From assembly GCA_964035545.1 (NCBI GenBank), contig OZ037770.1, positions 14,994,642 through 15,058,641 on the forward strand: a stretch of DNA of 64,000 bases, written 5' to 3'. Origin of the DNA: Bugula neritina. Lineage: Eukaryota > Animalia > Bryozoa. The translations under genes and the position numbers were made by a program. Shown one piece after another: positions 36,101 to 49,656 of this stretch. Every line of letters starts with the position of its first letter. Position 1 is the first letter of the stretch. The notes beneath the pieces are model-generated. The model had not been told where the DNA came from. It ran no database searches and was given only the letters and a program-made list of their open reading frames with translations.

Positions 36101-39100
36101 CACACAACAATCACATATCTGTTTAGGTCTAGGGAACGGCTACTTCCCCATAATCCTGGCAGAGGTGACTCATGGTACGAGTAATGAGGTCAGGACCTCC
36201 ATGGTGTCTACTGTCATGGCTATGAGGCAGTTTGGGCTACTTCTAGGTACGGTATTGCGAAGGTACACCTTGTCCTAAGTCAGCTTCTAATTCTACCTAA
36301 GAGCCTTCACACAGTTATAACGTTGATAACTCTCCCCGTACAATGCTGCTGGCATTAGTTAGTGGCCATAGAAGAATATATATGAGTTTATATAGCATAT
36401 ATTGGTATAACATATATCATATATTGTGTCGGTATATTATGTTATACGATAGATTGATATTATCTAGGCAATATATGTTGATATAATATATATTATATGC
36501 TATACTATTGAAGTGTATTTTATTTTGATTATATATTTTTTGTGGATATTGGCAGAGTTTTTAGCCCGATTCTGCTTCACACATACAGCACAATGATATA
36601 ATCTGATAAGTTAATTCCATAGCTTTACTCTCCTGTGTTTTAGGGCCTGGATTCAATTTATTTCTCACTAAAATGGATTTCAACATCGGCCCTTTCAAAG
36701 TTGACCAATATTCTTCACCAGGGGTAGGTTTCACTTTGTATCTGTGCAGTAACTTTCACTTTGTATATGCTCAGTACTTTCACTTTGTATCTGCTCAGTA
36801 ACTTTCACTTTGTATCTGTTCAGTAACTTTCACTTTGTATCTGCTCAGTAACTTTCACTTTCACTTTGTATCTGTGCAGTAACTTTCACTTTGTATCTGT
36901 TCAGTACTTTCACTTTGTATCTGTTCGGTATCCATGCCTGTGTAATAGATTTACGCTATTTCACTTAACTGAGAAGTTTAATGGTGCACATTAAAATAGT
37001 TTCTTCATATCAGCAAATTTATTCACAACAGTTTATTTAGATTAACCAGTTTTATATGATTATGGTGAATAGTGAAATTATATATTTATTCTGTGAAAGA
37101 CTTGTTACAATGTTGAGTATTAGAAAGAGAAACTTTTAGCTCACAAGAAATTTCAACTATTCAACTGAAAACTTACATAGTATTAATAAAATAAAACAAA
37201 ATATATGAATAAAATGAACATTACACTTTTTATTCATTTTCATATTATGTTGACAATACAAGAGTACGTAAGCCGAATGCATTAACTCTCTACTACTCTA
37301 CATTGCAACAAGTCTTTTATATCCAATAACTCTGTTATTTATCTAAAGGTTCAACTAGTATTAGTAAAATAATACAAAAGGTCAAAGTTCAAAGTATGCT
37401 TTAATTGAGGATGTTTTAAAGAATTTCCTGTTTATCCTCACAATATCTGTTGTAGTTGTTCCTGGCTGCATTATGGGTAATAGCTCAGCTGATTGTCACG
37501 TTTCTCTACTTCCCTATGACCAAGCTGATTCCAGCTGGCGATCTCAACGGAGAAACTCCACCTGGTGATCTCACCGGTTCTTCTGACTCCACCAAATCTC
37601 TCACACGTGAACCAAATGGAACTGTTGACGACAAACCCGAGGAAGTTACCAACTGTAAACAAAATGGAATTGCTAGCATAGAGGAGAATGGTAACGCTGA
37701 ACATGGGCCAGTTCCTGATAACATTAAAGAAGCGGAGAAGTACGATGCAGTTCACTCCCTCCAACATCGGAGTTTGAAGCAGGCGTTGCTGGGTGAGTCA
37801 GAGTATACAAGAAGTTGTCTTATCAACTCGTTTATAATAAGTGGATAATATACAAAATAGTAAGTATTTAACTTTGTGTGAATTTGTCAAATATAAAGAG
37901 TTGTTGCGTCATGAATTTGAGTTTCTAGCCTTCTTTACTCTTAATCATTTCGGTATAGGTGTCCTTTGCTAGGTTCTTCTCTAAAGGGTGCTCGCCACCC
38001 GTTCCCTACTCTTTGCTGTAAGGCAATTTACCTTGTTACTGGTAACTTGGCTTACTACCTTTAGATTCTAGTCTATTATGTTATCTCAAGTAATACTTTA
38101 TTGAAATTAGGATTTGTCTTCTATCTTCTAGCGTTTATGGGTGAGAGCATGACTCCTAATTGTATGTTTGATTGATGTCATGCAATGTAATGTGATTACA
38201 GATATAACGTATGAAGAATATATGGCGATATATATGCTGACATTTGTTTCGCTCTTCAACCAATGTGGCATGGAGGTTTGTTTGTTATACTTACTTTACG
38301 ATTACTTACATCACGTACTTACGCTTTCCTTGTACTTTATATACTTACACCAAAATATCTATACAGCTATAGACTTATACTAATTTAGCCTTTTTCAACT
38401 AAAAGCATGTTTTTTATATTCTTCCATGCGTAAAGTTTTGCGTTCTATTCTGAATATATGTAGAACTGTGACAGAATATGCATATTTAAATATTACAGAC
38501 GATGTTCACGCCACTGGCTAGCAAGTTCTTCGGCTGGGGGGAAGAGCAAATCAGTATCCTGTTCTGTCTAGCCGGGGTTCTGGTAAGTCTAGACTCAGAT
38601 CTACTCATTTATTTCATTTTTGAAACGTGAAGTCTGATTGGCTGACGTCTTTTAATTTTCTGGAGGATTGGAAAATTTTTGGTTTAAAATCGTTTTGCTA
38701 AACTTCAACTCATGAATTTTATAAGTTTGCTGCCTTTTACGAAAATGTTTATCCTGCTGCTGTAACTCCCGACGAGCTCCTGAAAACTTGCATTGAATAA
38801 AAGTGTGTCGGGGCTGGCTTCAAGTTCCTGTCGACCATTTCTAAATCATCGAGAATCATACTTCATTAAAGCTGAAAAACTTGACATTCGTATATGCAAA
38901 TCCCAATGTATATATTGTTTGTATTGTTGTCAATAGCAATGCACAGGTTTGCTATTCTCCCTGTATCATCTATGAACATTTTCCAATTCTATTCCAAGTA
39001 GTTTTACCTTCAAACTTGTACTCTAATGTGTGTCACATCTGCGGAATATATTGCTTCAACTATGCCAGTCGAATTGTTAGCTTCTATCCCAGCCTTCAAA

Positions 39101-42008
39101 TACAATCTTTGTTCTGTTTCGCTACACAATATTGTGTAGTATTATTGTGATATTGTTCGTAGTTGTCTTCTCTTTTAAAATGAACATTGAAGTTTTTGGT
39201 TGCTGTGTTTGCTAAGAAGAAGTTACAATAAAATTTCATCAACTTTCTGATACATGTTGGTTTCAACACTATTTCCTGTTTTTGTGAACATGAAACTTTT
39301 AGTTATAATGATATCAAAACAATTAGAAAAACTGATATTTTGTTCAAAAGATTTTTAATTTTTTACCGAGCCTTGTTAGTATTGTATGTCAAAAAAGAAT
39401 CTGCCATGAGTTGGAGTTGTGGGGTCATGGAGTGCAATGCATTCCGTGTCTCAACGATTTCTTAGTGTTCACTTATTGGATGTTATGTTTTTCTGTAGAT
39501 TCTAATCAGTTTCTTCATGGTGCATATCTGCAGCAAGAGGTTTCGTGATAGAACCCTCATCATATTTGGCAGTCTATGTCAGGTGGTTACTCTAGCCTAT
39601 TGCCTTTATTGGATACCACATTTCAAGTCCAATTCAGGTGAGTGCTGATTGGCCAGCTGTTACATAAGCTGCTAGCTGATTGGCTAGCTGTTACATAAGC
39701 TGCTAGCTGATTGGCTAGCTGTTACATAAGCTGCTAGCTGATTGGCTAGCTGTTACATGAGCTGTTAGCTGATTGGCTAGCTGTTACATAAGCTGCTAGC
39801 TGATTGGCCAGCCGTTACATAAGTCAGTAGCTGCCAATAGGCGAAGGAAAACTAACTCCTATACCAAACAATACTTTATAAATTTAATTATTTTAGAATT
39901 TTAGATATTTTCCAACGTACTTGGCATAAAATGTTAAATGTTTCAATATTATGTTTACTGTTCCAATATCCGCCACTGTAGACCCCTTTTCGCTCCTAGT
40001 TTTGGGATAGTTCAAGGGTCAACTGTTTTACAAATGCATCGTCAGATTATAGTTTATATTATTGTTTATTTTATTTTTATTCAATTTTTGTGTAATTTAT
40101 TTCACTTGTAGATGATTACCTCAAAAATGCTCTCCTTCTCCTTCCGGCCCTGGCCGTCAACGTGTTTGGACTGCCCTTCCTGTTTGTCTGTCACATCTCT
40201 CTCTTCTCAAAGCTGCTCCACAGGGACATACAAGGTGTGTGCATCAGGGGGGAAAAGGGGTCATTCCATTTATCTGGGTGTCGCACTTCAGGTAAAAATA
40301 GAAACAAATTGTAAAGTTGCAATCCCAGAAAGCAATTCAGCTTCCACTTTTCCCAACAGGTTTGTATGAAGTTTGTGTAGCTAATCATTTTTGCTTTGGA
40401 CGTTTGAAAGCTAGGCATGCCAATCATTCAACGCAATATTACTGAAATACACATTGGTAAGAATTGGTAAGAATTCAATTTGATGTAAACAAACGTATTT
40501 ATCTTCAATTAATTTTTATTAACATTTCCAGAATTGCTTCCAAAGGTTTATTTGTTGAGCTAAAGTGGAAATTTTATGGTAAAATTTATTGTAAAATAAA
40601 CAGCTCATATCTCTCAAAAGTCATGTGGGTGGTAATAAAGGCATTCGTTTCCTTATTCCGAAGGTGGGGGAGTTATTTCGTGGGAGTAAATAAATTCAGG
40701 AATAATTGTTTCAATAAAACTGGTCTTACAATTGCACTTAGAGCTGTATTGAGGTATTTCTTCAGCCGAATACGTTTAATTACCGTCTCCACCTACACCA
40801 TGTTATACACCCTACATTTATATTTATAATGCAGTAATTTGTAACTCATGTTCTGTTTGATTTATGGTTCAGTCTCTTTGTCAGCCTTACGTCAAGAACT
40901 TGGCCCACGCAGAATACCTCTAGGCTGAGACCTGTAGGCTGAGGCCTGTAGGCTGTAGGTAAAGCTGTCACTCAACTGGCATCTCTACTTCTTGAGTGCA
41001 AATTGTGAATAATAATGTGTATATAAACTCACGGAAGTTTATAGTCACCATCCCTGTGAAAAACCCCTGATGGAAAGGGTTTTTTGTTAAATCAAGGTAC
41101 AGACTTATTCAGGTGGGGCATCGGAGCAATTGTGACTGGATGCTCTTCCTAACATCACCAATGGCCTTTTTCAGGGTTCGAACCCATGACCTCGCGTTTA
41201 CTAGGCAAACGCTCTAACCCCTAGACCACGGCTGCTCCCTAATAACAATTTGTATATAGTATAAAATAATTTGGGCATTTACTTTTTGTTCTCAAAAGAC
41301 AGGCTCCCTGATGCTGCACTCATCTAGTAGCAAATGTGGTTATCATGAAATTGAGATGTGTCTTGATAAATTAAATCAATATTTATGCTCGTGGGGAGGG
41401 TTATAGTGGTTTGCATAAGTTATGGTAAGTTTATTCATGCCAGGGATTTACGGAGAGAATATCTCCTAATTATAATGCAGAGTGGGTCACAAACCAGTTA
41501 CAAGGTGAATGTTTAACTGTAGTTTTTTTATTACATGAATTTAAATTGTATTGACAGGGTTTGGCCATGGAACAAGGCGAATTATAGCCGGTATAGCAGC
41601 CATCTTGGGCCCGTTGTGGGCCAGTTCTCTCCTGGATGATCATTTGCTCATGTTTGGTGTTATGCTGGGACTAAATATACTCGCTCTGGTATGTATAGAA
41701 TACTGCCATCTATTCCACTGCTATTTATGTATTTGACTTAAAGTTCTACTTTCAGTTATTTAAATGCTTTCAATTAACGTTATATTTGTATAATAATAAA
41801 ATATTTAGTGTAACTATGCAATTTTGTAGTGACTATAATTTCTTTGTACAACAACAGTATTTAGTGTAACTATGCAATGTTGTAGTTACTCATACTTCTC
41901 TCTTACAAGAAGCTAAATGTTGCTGACAATGTTGAACCACCTATTGAGCGAGTAGTGGCTGTTGAATCGGAGAAAGATGTCAATGAACGAACAAAACTCA
42001 TCAACTAA
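33102..42008 (+). CDS. Major facilitator superfamily transporter, MFSD8/CLN7-like, 12 exons
   Basis: Phase-consistent exons 33102-33201, 34860-34980, 35758-35885, 36127-36246, 36644-36723, 37456-37792, 38202-38275, 38499-38582, 39499-39637, 40112-40234, 41558-41688, 41886-42008. GVEYALILPTL, motif A-like SPIMGRIYDKTRK, SRLVAGLG, RQFGLLLGPGFN, SKRFRDR, SLFSKLL, ILGPLW; C-terminal ERTKLI. Confidence 0.88.
33219..33473. repeat. 35-bp minisatellite just after MFS exon 1 donor
   Basis: About 7 copies of TATATATATACTACATACGCTGTATAATATAYAAA. Confidence 0.9.
34661..34871 (+). repeat. 26-bp tandem repeat spanning the MFS exon 2 splice acceptor
   Basis: 8 copies of TACATGGAATATTGTAG|CCTTAATTC. The last copy (TTTTAG|CCTTGATTC) is the functional acceptor at 34859. 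Confidence 0.92.
35070..35282. repeat. Composite tandem repeat (ACTTAGTTACTA-based) in MFS intron 2
   Basis: Recurrent AACTTAGTTACTATAAGCTAGTAACTAATACTTT and TTAGTTACTAGTTATACTTTC units. Confidence 0.8.
35909..36116. repeat. Degenerate (CA)n microsatellite filling MFS intron 3
   Basis: CA-rich tract; source of several spurious His/Thr and Cys/Val ORFs. Confidence 0.9.
36729..36930. repeat. ~25-bp minisatellite directly after MFS exon 5 donor
   Basis: About 8 copies of ACTTTCACTTTGTATCTGYTCAGTA. Confidence 0.88.
39644..39825. repeat. 31-bp minisatellite directly after MFS exon 9 donor
   Basis: About 6 copies of GCTGATTGGCTAGCTGTTACATAAGCTGCTA. Confidence 0.9.
41037..41240 (-). mobile_element. 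tRNA-derived SINE (V-SINE-like), copy 2, well preserved
   Basis: Minus strand GGGAGCAGCCGTGGTCTAGGGGTTAGAGCG (A box) ... GGTTCGAACCC (B box), followed by GTTAGGAAGAGCATCCAGTCACAA, which resembles the V-domain core. A second copy is at 4113-4323. Confidence 0.75.
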
Positions 42009-42321
42009 CACCTAGTAGAAATCATTGCAATGATGTGTCATGTCCCCGGAGAATTTGTGATGATGCCCATGTTTTAACTCTGAACTTTGTTTGAGAATTT
42101 CTTAACAACTAATTTTTTTTCTGTCGTTGCTCAAATAGAAAATAAGTTTTTATTATCACTTTTAACATTTCGTATTCCAAACCTTTAACAAATAGTTTCT
42201 GAGATTCTAGTATCAATTTAGTTTGTAGGTACAAAGTAAACCTTATTTTTCTATAGTTGGCAGTTTGGATTCCAGTTTCAACATTTGAATTGAGTAATTA
42301 TATGTTTTATATGACAATAGC

Positions 42322-42510
42322 TATATGTTACCTTACTCTTCATTGGTCACCGTATATGTTACCTTACTCTTCATTGGTCACCGTATATGTTACCTTACTC
42401 TTCATTGGTCACAGTGTGTTATGTTATCGTGCTGTTCATTGGTTACCGTATATGTTACCTTACTCTTCATTGGTTACAGTATATTATGTTATCTTACTGT
42501 TCATTGGTTA
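42322..42510. repeat. ~31-bp minisatellite downstream of the MFS stop codon
   Basis: About 6 copies of TATATGTTACCTTACTCTTCATTGGTCACCG. Confidence 0.85.
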
Positions 42511-44266
42511 CAACATTCTCCAACATTCAAATTGATCATGACATGACAGTATTATTTCATTTATTTTCCTGACTGTATATTCACAATATTTTCTCGTATT
42601 ATACAAACTCAATTTTCATCAAATCCTTACATTTCTGATATTCACCATAGTAATTGATATATTGTACTTTTCACTTATTTTCTTTTTATGATATTGATAT
42701 TATGTAGTATTTTTTCTTCAATGACCAAAACTTAAACTTGTATAACACTTTATAGAATATATGCTTTACTCCTTGTTGCTAGGAAACATAATGCTGTTTT
42801 CATGTGATCAGACACACTAAGGCAGGGTACCGATAGTATTCATATATTCCTTCAAATACCTGATATTTTTCTACCATGTTTAAAAAATAAACCACAAAAG
42901 TGAGAATGAATGTAAAATAGGTTTGTGCATAGCCTGGTGTTTAATCAACACACAATACATTCTTAGCAGCGTATTGGAGTATTAATGGAGTTAGGCCGTA
43001 ACCATGTTGTTCATAATTATTAGCAATGCAGGATGTACAAGATCTCATGCATACAGAAAGCACGTGCAATGAGTCAGGGGAATAAACATAGCTGCCTCAG
43101 ACATTTAAGGACATCTCAACGACGTCCTGTTTGCTAATGTACATGCTTGACTTGCATTGTGCTTATAGCTATATTTGAATTAGCGACTTCAATTTTTTTA
43201 TTGCAAAAACGCATGATTTTCTTGGTTTATATTGTTGGAACAATGATGAAATTATGCAGTGTAGCTTTCACAGTCGCACACCTGGAGAATTTCGCACGTC
43301 ACGACTTTCGAGTGTAAAAAATAGGTTAATATATTCTGCTAGCTAAAAGGAATGAAATAACAATAATTCATCATCAAATGTTTATGGTGTCAATTCTATT
43401 CTCTTACAAAATAGGAAAACAAATGACAGCAAAATTTAATGTTACACGTAGAAGCATGGAGCATTGCAGACGGATCAGGATTTGTATCTAATTTCAGCCA
43501 AAGAGATTTTCTATTGTTTTCTTTGATGAGTGACCAGTGAAAAGCTATTATACTTCGTTTGCAGGTGGGTGTTTATTTACTGCATATTGTGTGCTTAGCT
43601 TCTAGCCAAAGCTATAAAATTTTAGAATCTGCAGTTGTTGCTGAGTAATACCTGTTTACATTAGTGTCCACCATTTTGGCTTTTTTCTTGGAAACTTTAC
43701 AGCTATTACATCATCAAAACATCCTATGCTACTAAAGTAACCTCCATGTGACACAATCACCTGCAAGCACATGTAGCATTGCAGCTGATGCAAAGTCCTA
43801 GTAAGAAGGTTATCTAGATTTGGCATCTCTTAGAGTAATTTATTCTCCAACGACACGTTGAAGTAAACAACTTGCAACTTTTATTTCTATTTTTAATTGT
43901 GCTCTTTTGCTAATTTATATACAGTTTCAATTTCACTTTTAATTTTCACATTAAACATTGCACTGAACATATGCTGCTTTTTGCCAATTATTGAGGGCTG
44001 GCTGCTAATTACTGAAATTCTGAAATGAAAATAATGGAAACTGTTGTATTTGGTGTGTTTTTTAATCAATACATGTAGTCTAGCTGAGCTCAGCTACAAG
44101 TTAGCTACCTTTCCTACCTGAAGGCCAGTAGACATGGGTTAGCTATACCTCCCTTACCTTTATTATAGTATTCAAAAGCACTCTAAAGCCAAGTCAATGA
44201 GTTGTGAATTTTAGCTTTTTTGACTGCTTTGTTTTTTAGAATTCGAATTTTTTATGTTATATAAGA

Positions 44267-44608
44267 CAGGGCTGTCCAGCAGGCATCCCCAGGGCCAAAT
44301 TTGGCTTCCAGCCTAAGTTTAAGTGACCCTCAAAGTCATAGAAAATAAAATTATTTTGCACACATAATTGAATAAGAGTAAAAAAAACAATAATCTAGAT
44401 GCTTTATTTACATACATGCTACAAAACATGCAGCTTGCAGTAGTGATTGGGACTTCGTTGTGTACTGATTCAGAGGAACTTTGAATAAAGTTATTTGAAA
44501 AACAGTGATGCTGTGGCACCCCAGCCCAAGGTAAATTTACAAAGTGGCCCTCAGCTATAAAATATTCTATTTCTGCGGCCCTCTATCTAAAAACGTTGGA
44601 CACACCTG
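44267..44608. mobile_element. Non-autonomous hAT (Charlie-like) DNA transposon
   Basis: Termini CAGGGCTGTCCAGC ... GTTGGACACACCTG. Flanking 8-bp target duplication ATATAAGA / ATACAAGA. Subterminal GGCCC motifs. Confidence 0.85.
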
Positions 44609-47600
44609 ATACAAGACTTTAAATTAACTGATCTAAGGGTCAATATCAAGTTGTTTGCTTATATAGAGAAACTTTCTGTAGGTCTATTTAAAAGCAGCTC
44701 AGCAAATTTAGAACAATTTTGTAGTGATAGGTTGTATAGTAAGCACGTCAATATAAGAAGCTAGCTTTCAATGCTTCCAAAACAATCTCCAAAGCATTTA
44801 CAAAAGCAATTGTTAATTTACTGTCCACTGAAGATATTTCAAAAAGTGTAACGCTCATGGGAAAATTTCTAAGCTAGCTACACGCGTTCTATGAACCGCG
44901 CTGGGTTTAACATATTAACATCAAATGGAATGTAGGTTTATTTTTTCATTCTTCTGCTTGACCATTTCCTGTCATGCAGACTTCCTGTTTGAATGGACTT
45001 TTTGTCATGTGACCCTCAGTCTGTAAAGCAGGTCAACTTATCACAATGACCAGACAAAGTGACTGAGTGTTAATATCCGTATTAGAGATAATGTTGGGAT
45101 AATAGAAATATGTATGCATTCATTTTATTTTCATTCATTTTTTCTGCATAGACGTAGTTTTTCTCACATCAAATCCGTCCACATCTAAGCACAACAATAT
45201 CAGGATAAAATCGGCAATAGAAAAAATGACAATTGTTTTCGCTAGCTTCCTTTTCTGATGGGTGTGGCATAGATTCATAGATTTTGTGCAAAAAAGGTGT
45301 TGGTATAATATGTCTTCATGACTCAACAAATGTAACTTCTTTTATCATGGAAGTTGTGTGCAACAGAGTTGACCGAGTGCAATGGTTAAAAAATCTCAAG
45401 TTTGGAGACGTTGGGCAGTTCCCATTTCTAATTTATACCCCCTACTAATATAACCTCAAGAATTCCATGTGCTTGTCAACTAGCAGTTTCCTTAAACCTA
45501 TGCTTAATTCTGTCAAGTATACATACATATATTTAGACTATTAACATGTACAAGTATTTTTTATTCCTATAGAAAGGATAAAAGTAGTCTACAAATTATT
45601 GCAACAAATTAGCACAACAAATAGGATTTGTGAAGCCCTAAATGATAACCTGGTTTATGCTTTAGAGATTCAACACACTACGTTGGGTTTACGTCTGGTA
45701 AAACAGATTTTTATAGTGGGCACAAGTTTTATGTTTTGTTTCAAAATTGGTATTTAGCTTAGCTCAAAAGCTTTTATTTTTCCCAAGTGCACTGTGCACT
45801 AAAAGTGGTTAAATTTGTATTTTAAAGTAAAAAGACCAGCTCAAAAGATTTTCTACTAAGTAGAGGGTGCTTCTATAGCACCCCCAGCTCACAATACTGA
45901 AAAGCTCTAAGGTTCCTTGGCAAAGGTGACAATACGAGGCATATTTTAGAGATTAGCTTGGTTAGCTTTTTAGGGAACTCTCTTGTTTTCTCAACTTTTT
46001 ATGGCTGGCCTAATGTTTATAATGATTTTCTTGTTTCTTACCTTGAAAAATATAATTGTCGCAATTTCTGTTAACAAGCAAAATGGACGGGTAAAGCTAA
46101 AAGCAACAGGCAAGCCTTCATACAATAGCACATAAGCTATATCAACAAATCCTCAAACAAAGTTCCATAGGTCTATTAACTAAATACAAAGATGATGAAC
46201 AAAACAAAGCGTTATTGAAGTCACGTTATGTAATCAAAGAAAGTAACAGGCAAAAAACTAAAACGAAATGCAAATTACAACATTATATTCAAATTAATCA
46301 TTTCACTTATACAGTTTTAATTGATGATGCCAAAAATGTTTTCATTTAACAGCATTTTAATTGCTCTTACAAATTTATTCAGCACTTTCAAGACAATGTT
46401 ATATATTGTGACACTAATATTATGATTATATGAGTTATATGCATATTTTTTATAAAACTTCTGTTACTTATATGTAAAACTTTGTAAAAATTCTTGAAGT
46501 AGCAAAGCCTGAAGTTTAGCCATTACAATTTTTTATTTCCCTGTGTGCACTACTCCTGTGGTGCTGTAACTATAGGCAACAATAAATTTGCATTAGCAAT
46601 TAACTTTTGCAGCATCCATTTGCTACGTGAAATTAGCAAAATTTTCTTTCCTTGTTTGTATAAAGCATGCACGAGGTATTCTCCAACTATTTCAAAAATT
46701 TATTTTTACCTGATACACCTGCTTTTAATCACGTTTCACCTGTTTTATATTAGGAAATTTGTTCAAGTTGAAGTGCACCAGAATATTTGATAAATTTTAT
46801 AACAATAGTTACCTCAACTTATTGAAAAGAAGATGGAGGTGCAACTTAATGGAGATATTGTGTGAAGCCTGCGTTCTAGATTAGAAATGTAGCAAAAAGT
46901 TATGCTTGTGAAAATTTTAACCCATCTGGAAACTAAAATGTATTAAGAAAATAAATATAATTTGGGCTATTATACTTTCTCTCTACCTCACCTAAAAGTA
47001 ATGGCTTTTAACAGGAGATGAAAATATCTAATCTTCCCAAATTGGCAGCTCTGCAAATAAACAGCTTTTGGCATAGCTCCAACTTTTATTTACATGAAGT
47101 CCTAGCTTTCAATGCTACAGCTTCTTCTCCTATATATAGCTGACTTGTCAACTAGTTAACATGCTGTATAACCTTAGGGCAAATTTATTGAAAATATTCA
47201 TTGCTTTGCCTTTTAGAAAGTGATCTGTTGCTGAAAGCTAAGAGAAATAACAATGTATGACATCACTTGGCAAAACAAAACATGCAATAAAGCCCAAACT
47301 GTGGAATAAACTTAGTGAATGAAACACTCTTCGTTACAAGGGCAAGAGAAAGCAGACGTGTCACAAAGAAGTCACTGATGGATTAGCGAAAACTATAGAC
47401 AAGATAATTAATAGCCTCCTGTGCAACAAGTTCAGATGCTATGACCTCATTCCGCTCCACCCAGACGTCTGTTTAAAGGAACTATGTAAACTGTATTGTG
47501 ATCAATATGTACTTTTCTTACCTGTGTAAGACAAGCAAAAAATAATAGGAATAGACTAAGTCTCTCTTGTGTGCATTTAGATGACAAGCAAGCTTGGCTT

Positions 47601-47888
47601 TTATAAATAGTTATTTTTTTCTTATTTTATTGACTTGTACAGTTGCTCCAGTCTTTAACTTCATCAGTCTTATAAGATCTCAAAAAAAGTTGCTTCAGTT
47701 CCAGGTTGGGAATACACTCCACCCATCTATCTGTTTTAGAAATATTATTTAAACACGGCTCACTTAACCATGAGGAGTGAAATTCTATATAGTAATTTAC
47801 TAAATACACTTTTTGAAAAACTGACCATTGAGTAAATAACGGAAAAATTTATTCTTTACAATCTGATACCTCACAATTACTAATATAA

Positions 47889-48975
47889 CTAAATACTGCC
47901 GTAGTCAGTACGTGATGTTTGCATGCCGGCTTCTCCATTTCTCTCTCTCTCCAACGAGTTAGCCGGATCCAACTCATCCAAAGCGGATGGGAAAATAATA
48001 GCTTTGCATACTTTTAATCTGACTGCACACAAGTCCGGCTCGTTAGAACATCTGACAACACAAATCTTGTCAACACGTAAAAATGTGTAATTTAATAAAT
48101 TGTTATTTTTCCTAAGTTTATCCTAAATATCCTGCACAAAGCTAGAAATATGCACACCTGCATTCGAGTTGAGTTGCAATCATTATTCTGATTTAATGTA
48201 GTTGTTGCTGCGTTTAAATTCATGGGTGTTAGTTTAGATATAAAATACTTATGTTACACTCTTTGAACAAGATTATATGAATATAACAGCGTAAAGAGTA
48301 TATATTGTTTTCAGTTATATAGATATATCAGATGATTAGGAAGGTGGTATGCAGCAGAAATGATTTGACCCATCACAGTATCAATTTTTACCGAGCAGTG
48401 TGGAGTAAGCTCTCATCCACTATCAACCTAGCTCTATGAACTCCAGCTAGCTCCACATTGATAAGTAAGTAAACACTCAAATCCTACTTGCATTAGAGAA
48501 TTGAACAAATACAATTCAGAACATTTTTTTGCATATAAATTTATGTCATGTTGTTATTTTACAGCTAATTTAAAAGTGAAAAAAAATTATTTCAAAATTT
48601 CCTCCCATTGCAACATTTGATTGCATGAGTAAAATAAATATTATGTTGTAAAATCATCTGAAATTTAAATGCAAAAATTTAGCACACCAAATTTCAAATT
48701 GTTTTTGTAAAAAAAATTAGCATTCAACTATTAGCTCTCCCTGAATCATGACAAAAGTATCAGCAAATCATTGTTATATACTGAGTTATTGTAATTCTAT
48801 TAAACATTTAGTGACGTCTAATTCATTCTATTAGAACAAAACAAGTGCTGTTTAAATTTAAGTCCGATACTACAAAGTTTCTGATGCAAAATCAAAAGTT
48901 TTTTTGCCTTATAAGCAACTTGGAGCACTCCAGTAGGGCATAAATAGAGTACGGGATTGTCTTCTAGCACACCAT
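47889..48975 (-). other. Candidate spliced ORF of unknown function (4 putative exons)
   Basis: Phase-consistent segments 48975-48908 (GC donor), 48483-48392, 48187-48158 and 48051-47889 join into ~115 stop-free codons. No recognisable family. Confidence 0.3.
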
Positions 48976-49625
48976 CTGTATTATTCAACAAAAAATTTAA
49001 TATTTTATCAAACAAACGTTTATGAGTTTCTGTGCTACCACTCAATTGTTATTCTTTTCCGCTTTTTGTGAGAACAGTAGATGATGAAGCTTGTCTTTTT
49101 GAAAAAAAATGTAAAAGCTCATATGATTGCAAAAAAATCATTCAATCATCAACACTTTTTTCACACTGCGTAACTTTATTTGCGTGTTACAACATTTTTT
49201 TTACTTGCTATTAAATATACTTTATATAAACAAAACCCAATGCTTTTATTAAACTACTAGCCATATAAAAGTAAACTATTTTTATTAAATAAAGTGTTTT
49301 TAATGCCAGTGAATAGAAAATGTTAGGAGCTAAAAGAAGCATTTAAATCACTTAAGTTCAAATTAAAAGTTCAAATTAAAAGTTAAAAAGTTCAAATTTT
49401 GCTATTTGTGATTTGCTATACAAGCTTTCTAATTTTCTATTTTTACAAGCTACTTATTGTAAATATTTACATGTTGAATTACTTAATGTTGAATAATCTT
49501 TTAAATATAATCTTAAACATATATACAAGCTTATATTAATACTTTTAAATTATTTTAAACCTAATTGAAAATGAAATGATAGCTGAAAGTCAACCTTTTA
49601 TATATACTATATAATTATTATTTGG

Positions 49626-49656
<31 letters not shown>

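Noticed and set aside
35815-36126. His/Thr-rich and Cys/Val-rich ORFs
   Set aside because: They are translations of a (CA)n microsatellite inside MFS intron 3.
40464-40829. 121-aa ORF in MFS intron 10, and the 132-aa ORF at 54487-54885
   Set aside because: Non-ATG starts, AT-biased low-information composition and no motifs; the second begins inside a repeat.
33219-42510. 25-35 bp repeat arrays as CRISPR arrays
   Set aside because: Units are head-to-tail with no unique spacers, lie in or next to spliceosomal introns of an animal gene, and no cas genes are present.
45150-45385. Possible exon after a strong acceptor at ~45151
   Set aside because: All three frames contain stops and no family motif was recognisable.
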